A stretch of 64,000 bases of DNA, from contig JAFTSH010000001.1 of assembly GCA_017467405.1 (NCBI GenBank), positions 229,542 through 293,541 on the forward strand. Direction: 5' to 3'. The notes under the pieces are model-generated. The model was not told the origin of the DNA, ran no database searches, and worked only from the letters and a program-made list of their open reading frames with translations. The translations under genes and the position numbers were made by a program. This stretch comes from Clostridia bacterium (lineage in GTDB: Bacteria > Bacillota > Clostridia > Oscillospirales > Acutalibacteraceae). Below, piece by piece: positions 1 through 9,099 of the stretch; positions within the stretch are counted from its first letter, which is position 1, and each line of letters begins with the position of its first letter.

Positions 1-381
1 TCGGGGGAGTTTTTAACGTCCATCGCTACAAAGTCGACCAGTCCTTCGTCTATTAGAGCGGCCAGACGGTCGGGCATCGTGCCGTTGGTGTCAAGCTTTA
101 CGAGAAAGCCGAGTTCCTTGACCCTTCGCATCACCCCGTCGATTCCCTTTTGAAGGAGGGGCTCACCGCCCGTAAAGCAGACGCCGTCGAGTATTCCGCG
201 TCGGGTCTTGAGGAGGGCAAACAGCTCGTCCTCGGAGATATGCTCGTCTGAGGGTGAAAGCACGAGGGAGGCGTTGTGGCAGAATGGACAGCGCATATTA
301 CAGCCGGGTGAAAAGACGGTGCAGGCGAGCCTGTCGGGAAAATCAAGTGCCGTAAGCTTCTGAATTCCGCTGATTATCATA
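1..381 (-). CDS. nrdG: Anaerobic ribonucleoside-triphosphate reductase activating protein (radical SAM); 3' end runs off the window
   Basis: Own translation of the minus strand from ATG (rc of 379-381): MIISGIQKLTALDFPDRLACTVFSPGCNMRCPFCHN...FTGGEPLL...KLDTNG. It has a CxxxCxxC radical-SAM motif and a GGAGG RBS about 8 nt upstream. It is absent from the ORF track because no stop lies inside the window. Confidence 0.8.
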
Positions 382-434
382 AGGCTCCTCCTGTTTTGGG
401 CGATAAAAAAGCGGATTAGGGATCCGCCTGCAGT

Positions 435-463
435 ATAATACCATATTTGCAGTATGTTGTCAA
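435..463 (-). promoter_or_regulatory. Sigma-A-type promoter candidate for nrdG
   Basis: On the minus strand: TTGACA (rc of 458-463), 17-nt spacer, TATTAT (rc of 435-440). Confidence 0.5.
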
Positions 464-469
464 CACAAA

Positions 470-485
470 ACACAATATATTGTAG
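470..485. promoter_or_regulatory. NrdR-box-like palindrome
   Basis: ACACAATATATTGTAG matches the published NrdR box consensus acaCwAtATaTwGtgt at about 14/16 positions. It sits just upstream of the nrdG -35. A weaker second box (ATACCATATTTGCAGT, 438-453) lies 32 bp away centre to centre. Confidence 0.5.
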
Positions 486-518
486 ATATATTTTTTGTTA
501 AATTCAAGCATATTAAGG

Positions 519-547
519 TTGAATTCGGGCTTTGCAGGTGATATATT
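519..547 (+). promoter_or_regulatory. Promoter candidate for the acetyltransferase gene
   Basis: TTGAAT (519-524), 17-nt spacer, TATATT (542-547), with TG at 539-540 (extended -10). Confidence 0.45.
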
Positions 548-576
548 TAATATACCTATAAAAAGGAGTGGCTGAA

Positions 577-1188
577 ATGGATATACGCAAAATGATGCAC
601 GACGGCTCGCTTTACTGCTGTGCCGACCCTGAGCTGATGAAGGAACAGACGGAGTGTCTTGAAAGGCTTTGGGAGTTCAATATGACCCGCCCGTCTGAGG
701 GGGAGAAGCGGCAAGAGATGCTCCGCGGGATGTTTGCCGAGATCGGTGAAAACTGTTATATCGAGCCGCCTTTTCATTCAAATTGGGGCGGACGTCACGT
801 TCATTTCGGAAACAACGTTTACGCCAACTTTAACCTGACGCTTGTAGACGATACACACATATACGTCGGCGACGGTACCATGTTCGGACCCGGAGTCACG
901 CTTTGCACTGCGGCGCATCCTATCCTTCCCGAGCTCAGGGAGAAGGTGTACCAGTACAATCTTCCGGTAAGGATCGGTAAGAACTGCTGGCTTGGTGCGG
1001 GGGTTACCGTGCTGCCGGGAGTCAGTATCGGCGACGGAACGGTGGTAGGGGCCGGAAGCGTCGTCACGAAGGATCTGCCGGCGGGCGTCGTTGCGGTCGG
1101 CACTCCCTGCAGGGTAGTCAGGGAGATCGGAGAGCGGGACAGGGAGTTTTTCCGTAAGGAAGCAAGAATTCCCGAGGAGCTGCTCTGA
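577..1188 (+). CDS. maa: Maltose/galactoside O-acetyltransferase (left-handed beta-helix, hexapeptide repeats)
   Basis: ORF 568-1188. Hexapeptide-repeat region IGKNCWLGAGVTVLPGVSIGDGTVVGAGSVVTKD and an N-terminal Maa/LacA-type segment. The ATG at 577 is preferred over the GTG at 568 because of the AAGGAG RBS 8 nt upstream. Confidence 0.8.
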   Translation: MDIRKMMHDGSLYCCADPELMKEQTECLERLWEFNMTRPSEGEKRQEMLRGMFAEIGENCYIEPPFHSNWGGRHVHFGNNVYANFNLTLVDDTHIYVGDGTMFGPGVTLCTAAHPILPELREKVYQYNLPVRIGKNCWLGAGVTVLPGVSIGDGTVVGAGSVVTKDLPAGVVAVGTPCRVVREIGERDREFFRKEARIPEELL

Positions 1189-1218
1189 CGGCTTTCGCTA
1201 TATATAGTAATGTAAAGA

Positions 1219-1254
1219 AAAACCGTCCGCGGATTTGCGGACGGTTTGATTTTG
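1219..1254. terminator. Bidirectional intrinsic terminator between convergent maa and pckA
   Basis: Stem CCGTCCGC/GCGGACGG (1223-1230 / 1237-1244), flanked by an A-run upstream and TTTGATTTTG downstream. Confidence 0.7.
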
Positions 1255-1266
1255 CTTTATTACTGA

Positions 1267-2862
1267 TTACTCAGCCTTGGGGCCGGCGTTGGTGATCTCG
1301 GCGGGCATGTTCGGATACTTCTTGGTGAAGTTGTCGCTGAACATCTTGGCGAGCTTCTTGGCCTGTACGTCGTAGGCAGCCTTGTCAGCCCAGGTGTCGC
1401 GGGGATTCATAAGCTCGCTGGGAACTCCGGTGCAGGTCTGGGGAACGTCGAGGTTGAAGAGATCGTCGTGCTTGTACTCGACGTTGTCAAACTCTCCGTT
1501 GAGAGCTGCGGTGACCATTGCACGGGTGAACTTGAGCTTCATACGAGCACCCTTGTTCTCACCCGAGGCGGGGCCGCCCGACCAACCGGTATTTACGAGG
1601 TAGACCTTGGTGCCGTATTTGTCCAGCTTCTCACCGAGCATCTCGGCGTAAACGGCGGGATCCATGGGCATGAAGGGCTCGCCGAAGAGGGTCGAGAAGG
1701 TGGGCTGGGGCTCGGTAACACCGCGCTCGGTACCGGCAAGCTTGGAAGTGAAGCCGGTTACGAAGTGGTACATAGCGGCGTTGCGATCAAGACGGCTGAT
1801 GGGGGGCAGAACGCCGAAAGCGTCGGCGGTCAGGAAGATAACGACCTTGGGGATGCCGCCCTTGCCGGGGATCTGAGCGTTGCTGATGTAATCAACGGGA
1901 TAGCCGACACGGGTGTTCTCGGTCAGGCTGCCGTCGTCAAAGTCAAACTTGCGGGTCTCGGGATCCATAACGACGTTCTCGACGAGGGAGCCGAACTTGA
2001 TTGCGTTGTAGATGTCGGGCTCGTTCTCGGCGGAGAGGTTGATGCACTTGGCGTAGCAACCGCCCTCGAAGTTGAAGATTCCGTCGGGGGACCAGCCGTG
2101 CTCGTCGTCACCGATCAGCTTTCTGGAAGGATCGGCCGAAAGGGTGGTCTTACCGGTACCGGAGAGTCCGAAGAAAACTGCGGTCTCGTTGGTCTCGGGA
2201 TCCATGTTGGCGGAGCAGTGCATGGGAAGGACGTTCATCTTGGTCATGACGTAGTTCATGGTCGAGAAAACACTCTTCTTGATTTCGCCGGCATACTGGC
2301 TGCCGCAGATGATGATGAGGTGAGCCTCGTAGTCGATCATGATAGCGGCTTCGCTGTTGACACCGTCGACGGCGGGATCGCACTTGAAGCCGGGAACGGC
2401 GATGATGGTGTAATCGGGATCGCCGTAGGCCTCAAGCTCCTCAGCGGTGGGACGGATAAGAAGCTGATGAATGAAGAGGTTCTGGCTGGCGAGCTCGTTG
2501 ATGATGCGGAACTTCTGGGTGTACTTCTTGTCAGCACCTGCAAAGCCGTCAAAAATGAAGACCTCGCGGTTCTGCAGATAAGCAGTAACCTTGCCCTTGA
2601 TAGCGTTGAATTTTTCCTGGCTGATGGGGCGGTTTACCTTGCCCCAGGCGATCTCGTTGTGGATGCCTTCAGAGTCAACGATAAATTTATCGTTAGGTGA
2701 ACGGCCGGTGTACTTTCCGGTAGTCACGACCAGAGCGCCGGTGTCAGAAAGGGTACCCTCTCCTCTGGCGACAGCGTATTCGGTCAGTCTGGCGGGAGTA
2801 AGGTTGCGGTACACAGCCTTAGGGCCGATGATGCCCAGATTTTCGATTCCGTAAGTTTCCAT
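1267..2862 (-). CDS. pckA: Phosphoenolpyruvate carboxykinase (ATP)
   Basis: 531 aa with kinase-1a motif FFGLSGTGKTTLS, and GDDEHGW and ENTRVGYP blocks typical of ATP-dependent PEPCK. Confidence 0.95.
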   Translation of the reverse strand: METYGIENLGIIGPKAVYRNLTPARLTEYAVARGEGTLSDTGALVVTTGKYTGRSPNDKFIVDSEGIHNEIAWGKVNRPISQEKFNAIKGKVTAYLQNREVFIFDGFAGADKKYTQKFRIINELASQNLFIHQLLIRPTAEELEAYGDPDYTIIAVPGFKCDPAVDGVNSEAAIMIDYEAHLIIICGSQYAGEIKKSVFSTMNYVMTKMNVLPMHCSANMDPETNETAVFFGLSGTGKTTLSADPSRKLIGDDEHGWSPDGIFNFEGGCYAKCINLSAENEPDIYNAIKFGSLVENVVMDPETRKFDFDDGSLTENTRVGYPVDYISNAQIPGKGGIPKVVIFLTADAFGVLPPISRLDRNAAMYHFVTGFTSKLAGTERGVTEPQPTFSTLFGEPFMPMDPAVYAEMLGEKLDKYGTKVYLVNTGWSGGPASGENKGARMKLKFTRAMVTAALNGEFDNVEYKHDDLFNLDVPQTCTGVPSELMNPRDTWADKAAYDVQAKKLAKMFSDNFTKKYPNMPAEITNAGPKAE

Positions 2863-2952
2863 TTATATACCTCCGTTTGGATTTTATATTTCGTTTTGTG
2901 AATTATATCACAAACTTGGTCAACTGTATATGGGCGAAATGTATATTTAATG

Positions 2953-3384
2953 TTAATTTTTATGGTCTTTTAATAGTAAAATTGCTTTTCTGTACCCCTC
3001 AAAGCCCTCTCCGCATATGGTAGCGAGGGCAACGGGTGACACGAAGGAGTGCTTTCTGAACTCCTCGCGGGAGTTTATGTCGGAAAGATGTACCTCGACG
3101 GTGGGGATCGAAACGGCCTTTATTGCATCGGGGATAGCGACGCTCGTATGGGTGTAGGCGGCGGGGTTGATTACGATTCCGTCAACCCGTTCGTAGGCCT
3201 CCTGAATACGGTCGACGATGTCACCCTCGTGGTTGGACTGATAGAACTCACATTCTATTCCTTCCTTTTCACATACCGACGAGATGAATTCGACGAGGTC
3301 GGCGTAGGTTCCCGTGCCGTAAATATTTTTTTCTCTGATTCCCAGCATATTGAGGTTGGGTCCGTTAATTATCAACAGCTTCAT
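2953..3384 (-). CDS. aroQ: 3-dehydroquinate dehydratase, type II
   Basis: 143 aa. MKLLIINGPNLNMLGIRE...YQSNHEGDIVDRIQ...INPAAYTHTSVA is a typical type II DHQase signature. Confidence 0.93.
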   Translation of the reverse strand: MKLLIINGPNLNMLGIREKNIYGTGTYADLVEFISSVCEKEGIECEFYQSNHEGDIVDRIQEAYERVDGIVINPAAYTHTSVAIPDAIKAVSIPTVEVHLSDINSREEFRKHSFVSPVALATICGEGFEGYRKAILLLKDHKN

Positions 3385-4609
3385 ATCCGAGTGCCTCCAG
3401 AATCTTCGTTACGGTGCTTTCCTTTGAGCCCGAGTTTTCGACCTTCACGTCGCAGCAGCTTTCATAGATGGGCGAGCGTACCGCGAACATTTCGTAAAGA
3501 GCGTTAAGCCCGGTCGAGAGAGGACGGTCGCGGCGGCCGAGCTTTTTGACGTCGCGGTCGAGGTAGACCACGCGTCCGTTCATCTGCATCGCTTTGCGGT
3601 TTTCTTCCTTTAATACGGCGCCTCCGCCCGTTGCGATTACAAGACCGCTTTCCTTGCAGAGATCAAACACCGCCTGAGCCTCAAGAGCCCTGAATACCGC
3701 CTCGCCGCTGTCCGAGAAGATTGCCGAGACGGTCTTGCCTTCGCGTTCGGTGACGAGGGCGTCGGTATCGAAAAAGCGGCGGCCCATTCGTTTGGCGAGC
3801 ATTTTTCCGACGGTGGATTTACCGCAGCCGGGCATTCCCACAAGTATTATGTTGTCCCGATCGGCCGAGATCTTTCGTATGATGCGTTCGACCTCGCTGA
3901 CGGGAACCTCTTTTGAGGTGAAAAGACGTATGGCCTCGGCCGCCTGCATGACGAGCATCGGAAGGCCGCCTGCAAAGGGGACGTTCAGTCTTTTGGCCTC
4001 CTGCAACAGACCCGTCATACGCGGATTGTAGACCGCGTCCATTACACCCTCAAGGTGGGGCATCAGCGTGAGATCGACCTTGTGCTCAGCACATTCGGGG
4101 TACATTCCGACGGGGGTGGTGTTTATCAGCACCTGCGTATGCTTCAGCAGCTCGGGGTGTCCGTAGTCGACCTCGGAGCCGCGTGATACGACCGTTACCG
4201 AAGCGGCGCCGCTGTTTTTTGCAAGCGCCTGCACCGTATGGGAGGTACCGCCGCTGCCGAGCACCGTTACGTGGCGTCCCGAAAGCGAGATGCCTGCCCG
4301 ATCGAGCGTCCACGACAGACCCGCGTAGTCGGTGTTGTCACCGCGCAGTCTGCCGTCGGGCATCTTTATGACGGTATTTACCGCACCGATCGAGGCGGCA
4401 CGGTCCGAGAGCTCGTCTATATGCGACATGACGAGCTGCTTGTAAGGAACGGTGACGTTTATTCCGTCAAACTCTCTCTTTTTAAGAAGTTCAACGACCT
4501 CTTCGCCGTCCATGGGCATAAGCTCGTATTCGTATCCGCCGAGGGCTTCGTGTATTTCTTTTGAGTAGCTGTGGCCGAGTTTACCGCCGATAAGTCCGTA
4601 TCGCGGCAT
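3365..4609 (-). CDS. aroE-aroK: Fused shikimate dehydrogenase (N-terminal) / shikimate kinase (C-terminal)
   Basis: The N-terminal half (YGLIGGKLGHSYS...NVTVPYK...NTD, GSGGTS Rossmann) resembles AroE. The C-terminal half (ILVGMPGCGKSTVG Walker A ...ATGGGAV) resembles AroK. The start was moved to ATG 4609 (MPRYGLIG), one nt after the pheA stop. The upstream 42 codons of the ORF track overlap pheA. Confidence 0.9.
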   Translation of the reverse strand: MPRYGLIGGKLGHSYSKEIHEALGGYEYELMPMDGEEVVELLKKREFDGINVTVPYKQLVMSHIDELSDRAASIGAVNTVIKMPDGRLRGDNTDYAGLSWTLDRAGISLSGRHVTVLGSGGTSHTVQALAKNSGAASVTVVSRGSEVDYGHPELLKHTQVLINTTPVGMYPECAEHKVDLTLMPHLEGVMDAVYNPRMTGLLQEAKRLNVPFAGGLPMLVMQAAEAIRLFTSKEVPVSEVERIIRKISADRDNIILVGMPGCGKSTVGKMLAKRMGRRFFDTDALVTEREGKTVSAIFSDSGEAVFRALEAQAVFDLCKESGLVIATGGGAVLKEENRKAMQMNGRVVYLDRDVKKLGRRDRPLSTGLNALYEMFAVRSPIYESCCDVKVENSGSKESTVTKILEALGYEAVDN

Positions 4610-4610
4610 A

Positions 4611-5750
4611 TCAGACCTCCGTGTAGCTGCCGAGATAATTGAAGTATTCGAGATTTTCTTCAAGATCGGACAAAACGGCAAGGGTATCGTCGCTGTATAC
4701 CGAGGCGTCGAGATCGAAGTAGAACATAAACTCAAAATCCTTACCGGGGATGGGTCGGCTTTCGAGCTTTGAGATGTTCAGGCCTGCGGCCGAGAACTTC
4801 GAAAGGAGTCGGTAGAGCGAGCCGGGGGAGTGGGGGCAGGTCAGCATAAGGCTGATGCGCGAGGCACCGGGGTAGATCTCGGGCTCCTTCGAGATGCAGA
4901 TAAAGCGGGTATAGTTGTTGTCGCTGTTCTGAACCTCGTCGGAGAGCACCGACAGACCGTAGAGTCCGGCGCAGGATTTTGAGCTGATAGCGGCACTCTT
5001 TCCGGTTTCATCGGCGGCCGCCATACGTGCGGCAACGGCCGTATTCTCAACCACCGTCACCTTGACGAAGGGATGCTTCTTGAGGAACTCGCTGCACTGG
5101 CCGATGGCCTGCTCGTGCGAGAAGATCTCCTTGATGGAGTTGACGTCGGCGCCGTGCTTGCCCAGCAGCGTGTGGTTTACCCTGAGCTTTACCGAGCGGA
5201 CGATGTAGAAATTATACTTTTTCATAAGGTCGTAGACCTCGCCCACCGAGCCGTAGGAGCTGTTTTCGATGGGAAGGATGCCGTAACGGCAAAGTCCCTT
5301 TTCAACGGCACCGAAGACGCCGTCAAATCGGTTGAAGTACATTATGCTGGGCAGGGAAAACACCTTTTCGCAGGCCATCTGCGAGTAGGCGCCCTCGATT
5401 CCCTGACAGGCGACGACCGCCTTTGCAGGGAAGAGGTCGGGGGTGTTTTTGAGGGAATTGCTTATCAGATCTCCGAGGGTGCCGCCCTTATGGAGTATCT
5501 TGGTCTGGTAGCTCTTGCTGACGTCAAAAAGGGTGGTGAAGAGCAGCTTCGTATAAAGCTCGGTGCCATCCTCGGAGGCGTTGCAGACGCGGGAGAGTAT
5601 CTCCCTCTCTCTTGCGCTGTTAAGCACGGGGAGGCCGTTTTCCTGCTTGTATTTTGCGACCTCGACGACGGTCTGCATACGTTCGTTGAAAAGACGCGTG
5701 ATCTCGTCGTCTATCTCGTCTATTCTTTTTCTTGACTGTGCAATATCCAT
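4611..5750 (-). CDS. pheA: Bifunctional chorismate mutase / prephenate dehydratase
   Basis: N-terminal CM_2-like helix (RKRIDEIDDEITRLFNERM), a central PDT domain and a C-terminal ACT-like region (TRFICIS...ESRP). Confidence 0.9.
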   Translation of the reverse strand: MDIAQSRKRIDEIDDEITRLFNERMQTVVEVAKYKQENGLPVLNSAREREILSRVCNASEDGTELYTKLLFTTLFDVSKSYQTKILHKGGTLGDLISNSLKNTPDLFPAKAVVACQGIEGAYSQMACEKVFSLPSIMYFNRFDGVFGAVEKGLCRYGILPIENSSYGSVGEVYDLMKKYNFYIVRSVKLRVNHTLLGKHGADVNSIKEIFSHEQAIGQCSEFLKKHPFVKVTVVENTAVAARMAAADETGKSAAISSKSCAGLYGLSVLSDEVQNSDNNYTRFICISKEPEIYPGASRISLMLTCPHSPGSLYRLLSKFSAAGLNISKLESRPIPGKDFEFMFYFDLDASVYSDDTLAVLSDLEENLEYFNYLGSYTEV

Positions 5751-5751
5751 T

Positions 5752-6837
5752 TTATACCTCCGAAAGGATCATATCTGTGACCGTGATTGCGGTCATGGCC
5801 TCGATTACCGGTACTGCGCGGGGAACGATGCAGGGATCGTGACGTCCGGTTATCGTGAGCTCGGTTTCGGTCATTGAGCGAAGGTCTACCGTTTGCTGCG
5901 GCAGAGCGATCGACGGCGTGGGTTTTATTGCCGTTCGGACGATGAGGGGCATTCCCGTAGTGATCGCACCGAGAACGCCGCCTGCGTTGTTGGTCAGGGT
6001 GCGTATTTTTCCGTCCTCGGTCACGCAGTAGGGGTCGTTGTTTTCGCTGCCCTTCATCAGAGCGGCCGAAAAGCCCGAGCCGAATTCAACTCCCTTGACG
6101 GCGGGAACGCCGAAAAGGTTTGCGGCCAGCATGCTCTCGATACCGCCGTACAGGGGAGTGCCGAGTCCCATCGGGAGTCCGAGCACCGCCACCTCGATCA
6201 CTCCGCCCACCGAGTCAAGCTTGGAGCGGGCGCCGAGGATCTCGAGCTGCATCTGCTTGCCTGCCTTGGTATCGAGAACGGGGAAGGGACGCTTGAGCAG
6301 CTCGTCAAAGTCGTCTTTCGAAACCTTGACGGGATCAAAGGGGCGGTCGTTCACCCCTGCGATGCTGTAAATATGTCCGCCGACCGTAATTCCCCGTGCG
6401 GCAAGGAACTGAAGACAGAGGGCACCTGCAAAGCAAAGAGGTGCGGTGAGTCTGCCCGAAAAATGTCCGCCGCCGCGAAGGTCGAGCTCGTCGCCGTACT
6501 TCATCCGTGCGGGGAGATCTGCGTGGGATGGACGGGGCGTGTATCTCAACTTGTCGTAATCCGACGAGTGCTGATTGGTGTTTTCAATATACGCTTCAAG
6601 GGGACGGCCGTCGGTCAGGCCGTTTATGATTCCCGAGGCTACTTTGGGAATGTCGGGCTCTCGTCTTGAGGTCGAGAAGGCGTCTCTGCCGGGAGCGCGG
6701 CGCTCCATGAAGGCGTAGATCCTGTCCATATCGGGGGCAAATCCCGCGGGAAAGCCCTTGATGACGGTGCCTATGCGGTCGCCGTGTGACTCTCCGTAAA
6801 TCGTCACCTCAAGACGTTTACCAAAGGCCGATCTCAT
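5752..6837 (-). CDS. aroC: Chorismate synthase
   Basis: GESHG near the N-terminus, with GRHDPC and SSYD-type blocks. The ATG at 6837 (MRSAFGKRLEVTIYGESHG) is preferred over the TTG at 6870. It overlaps the aroA stop by 20 nt. Confidence 0.93.
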   Translation of the reverse strand: MRSAFGKRLEVTIYGESHGDRIGTVIKGFPAGFAPDMDRIYAFMERRAPGRDAFSTSRREPDIPKVASGIINGLTDGRPLEAYIENTNQHSSDYDKLRYTPRPSHADLPARMKYGDELDLRGGGHFSGRLTAPLCFAGALCLQFLAARGITVGGHIYSIAGVNDRPFDPVKVSKDDFDELLKRPFPVLDTKAGKQMQLEILGARSKLDSVGGVIEVAVLGLPMGLGTPLYGGIESMLAANLFGVPAVKGVEFGSGFSAALMKGSENNDPYCVTEDGKIRTLTNNAGGVLGAITTGMPLIVRTAIKPTPSIALPQQTVDLRSMTETELTITGRHDPCIVPRAVPVIEAMTAITVTDMILSEV

Positions 6838-8032
6838 AACATTCGCCCCCAAGCATTTTGTAGTCTTCAAAAAATCGCGGATAGGATTTGTTTGCTGCCT
6901 GAGCTCCCGTAATTATGACCGGAGAGCTGCAGATAACAGCGGCGACGGCGGCCGACATTGCTATGCGGTGATCGCCGAAGGAATCTACCGTTCCGCCGTT
7001 CAGTCTTCCCGTGCCGTAGACCGTGATACTGTCATCGTCCATTTCGGCTTTGCCGCCGAGATTTTCGAGCATGGCGCAGACGGTGGCGGCGCGGTCGCTT
7101 TCCTTTATCCGCAGTCTTGCCGTCTCGGTGAATACAGTTTTGCCGATTCTTCCCGAAGCGGCAACGGACAGCACGGGGACGAGGTCGGGAATATCGGAGC
7201 AGGAAACCGTGATGTCTCCCGGATGTTTCATTTCTTCAAGTATTTCGGTCACCTTTTTGTCCTTCTGTGCCGAATCGGGATCGAGTCCCGTCATGCTGAT
7301 CTCCTCGCCGAGAAAGCCGGCGGTGAGCCAGAAGGCGGCGTTTGACCAGTCGCCCTCGCAGTCGATCCTTCCGGGCGAGACATAACGCTGATTGCCGGGT
7401 ACGAAAAAGCCTTTTTCGGTGGCTGTGACCCTTATGCCGAAACGCCCTATCGCATCAAGCGTCAGGTCGACATAGCCCTTTGACACAAGGGGAGAGGTGA
7501 GAACGATCTCACTGTCGCCTTCAAGCAGCGGCAGTGCAAAGAGCAGACCCGACACGAATTGACTGCTGATGTTACCGGGCAGCGAAAATTTTCCTGGAGT
7601 CAGCTTGCCGCTTACCTCAAAGGGCAGGCGCTCCTTCGAAAAGCAGGCTCCGTGTGCGGCGAGGCAGTCCATAAGTGCGCCCGTGGGACGCTCGGGAAGT
7701 CTGCCGTGACCGCTGAAGCTTCCTCCGCCGAGAGCCGCCGCGACGGGCAGCATGAGCCGCAGGGTTGAGCCGCTTTCCGAGCAGGGGAATTCTCTGCCTG
7801 CGGGTACTGTGCGTGGGGTAAGGAGAACACCGCTATTGGTTTTTTCGACACCGCAGCCGAGTCCTTTTACGCATTCAAGTGTGGCGTTGATGTCTTCCGA
7901 AAAAAGATTTACCCCCGCAAAAAAAGGCGCGTCGGACAAAGCTGCGCAGATTATCATTCGGTGCGCGGAGGCCTTTGCGGTTATGGCGGCAATGCTGCCG
8001 TGAAGTTTTTTGGGGGTTATCCTTATGTTCAT
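6818..8032 (-). CDS. aroA: 3-phosphoshikimate 1-carboxyvinyltransferase (EPSP synthase)
   Basis: Blocks LPGNISSQF, DHRIAMS and GDWSNAAF. The start was set at ATG 8032 (MNIRITPKKLHG), because the longer ORF-track extension overlaps aroB. Confidence 0.92.
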   Translation of the reverse strand: MNIRITPKKLHGSIAAITAKASAHRMIICAALSDAPFFAGVNLFSEDINATLECVKGLGCGVEKTNSGVLLTPRTVPAGREFPCSESGSTLRLMLPVAAALGGGSFSGHGRLPERPTGALMDCLAAHGACFSKERLPFEVSGKLTPGKFSLPGNISSQFVSGLLFALPLLEGDSEIVLTSPLVSKGYVDLTLDAIGRFGIRVTATEKGFFVPGNQRYVSPGRIDCEGDWSNAAFWLTAGFLGEEISMTGLDPDSAQKDKKVTEILEEMKHPGDITVSCSDIPDLVPVLSVAASGRIGKTVFTETARLRIKESDRAATVCAMLENLGGKAEMDDDSITVYGTGRLNGGTVDSFGDHRIAMSAAVAAVICSSPVIITGAQAANKSYPRFFEDYKMLGGECYEIGLW

Positions 8033-8055
8033 AAAATCAAGAGCTCCTTTCGTGA

Positions 8056-9099
8056 TCAGCGGCTCAGTCCGCGTTCGAGGAAGGAGAGTACCTCCTCTGC
8101 AGGGATCTTTTTGAGGATACAGCATCCTATTTTTTCGGGGACTACGAGGGTCAGTGAGCCACCCGCCTTCTTTTTGTCCGACATACACCAGGGCAGCAGA
8201 AGCTCTGCGGTGTAGGGGCAGGCGGAGGGGAGTCCCATTTTATCTTCGAGAGCGGCGATGCGCTGAGCGATCTCTTTTTTGCCGACGGCAAGAGAGGCGA
8301 TTATCATTCCCATCGCCACCGACTGACCGTGCGAAAGGGTAAAATTGCTCTGCTTTTCGATTGCGTGACCTGCGGTATGTCCGAAGTTCAGAAGCTGTCT
8401 TTCGCCCTTGTCGAATTCGTCGGCCTCGACGACGTCGCGTTTGATGCCGACACAGCGTGCGATGACCTCTGCGGGATCGCTTTCGAGAAGTCCCTCTTCG
8501 AGTGCCTCAAAAAGGGAAGCGTCACGGATGACTCCGTACTTGATGACCTCGGCGCATCCGCCCGAAAATTCGACGGCGGGCAGGGTCGAGAGGGTGTCGG
8601 TGTCGCAGATAACGAGGGAGGGCTGATGAAATGCACCGCAGAGGTTTTTGCCTGCCTCAAGATCGACCGCCGTCTTACCGCCGACCGACGAGTCGGTCAT
8701 TGCGAGCAGGGTGGTGGGTATCTGAACGAACTCAATTCCTCTTAAGAATATCGCCGAGGCGAAGCCGGCCATATCCCCCGTGACGCCGCCGCCGAGGGCA
8801 ACGACGAGATCGGTGCGTGTAAGACCGCTTTCGGCGAAGAATTCCACCATTTTGATAAGCTCGGCGGTGTTTTTTGACGCCTCGCCTGCGGGGAATACGT
8901 ATTCAGAGCAGGTAAAGCCTGCCTTCTCAAGCGAGACTTTGACCTTGTCGAGCCAGAGCGGCGCGACGTTGGAGTCGGACACGATGACGGTGCGGCAGGG
9001 GGCGTGCACCTGTTTGACCAGCTCGCCCGCCTTTTCGGTCAGTCCGCTTCCGATGAGCACCTCGTATTCTCTCGAGGCGCGAACGGAGATTTTTTTCAT
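8056..9099 (-). CDS. aroB: 3-dehydroquinate synthase
   Basis: 347 aa with GGGVTGDMAGFASA, PTTLLAMTDSSVGGKTAV and HTAGHAIE metal-site motifs. Confidence 0.94.
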   Translation of the reverse strand: MKKISVRASREYEVLIGSGLTEKAGELVKQVHAPCRTVIVSDSNVAPLWLDKVKVSLEKAGFTCSEYVFPAGEASKNTAELIKMVEFFAESGLTRTDLVVALGGGVTGDMAGFASAIFLRGIEFVQIPTTLLAMTDSSVGGKTAVDLEAGKNLCGAFHQPSLVICDTDTLSTLPAVEFSGGCAEVIKYGVIRDASLFEALEEGLLESDPAEVIARCVGIKRDVVEADEFDKGERQLLNFGHTAGHAIEKQSNFTLSHGQSVAMGMIIASLAVGKKEIAQRIAALEDKMGLPSACPYTAELLLPWCMSDKKKAGGSLTLVVPEKIGCCILKKIPAEEVLSFLERGLSR

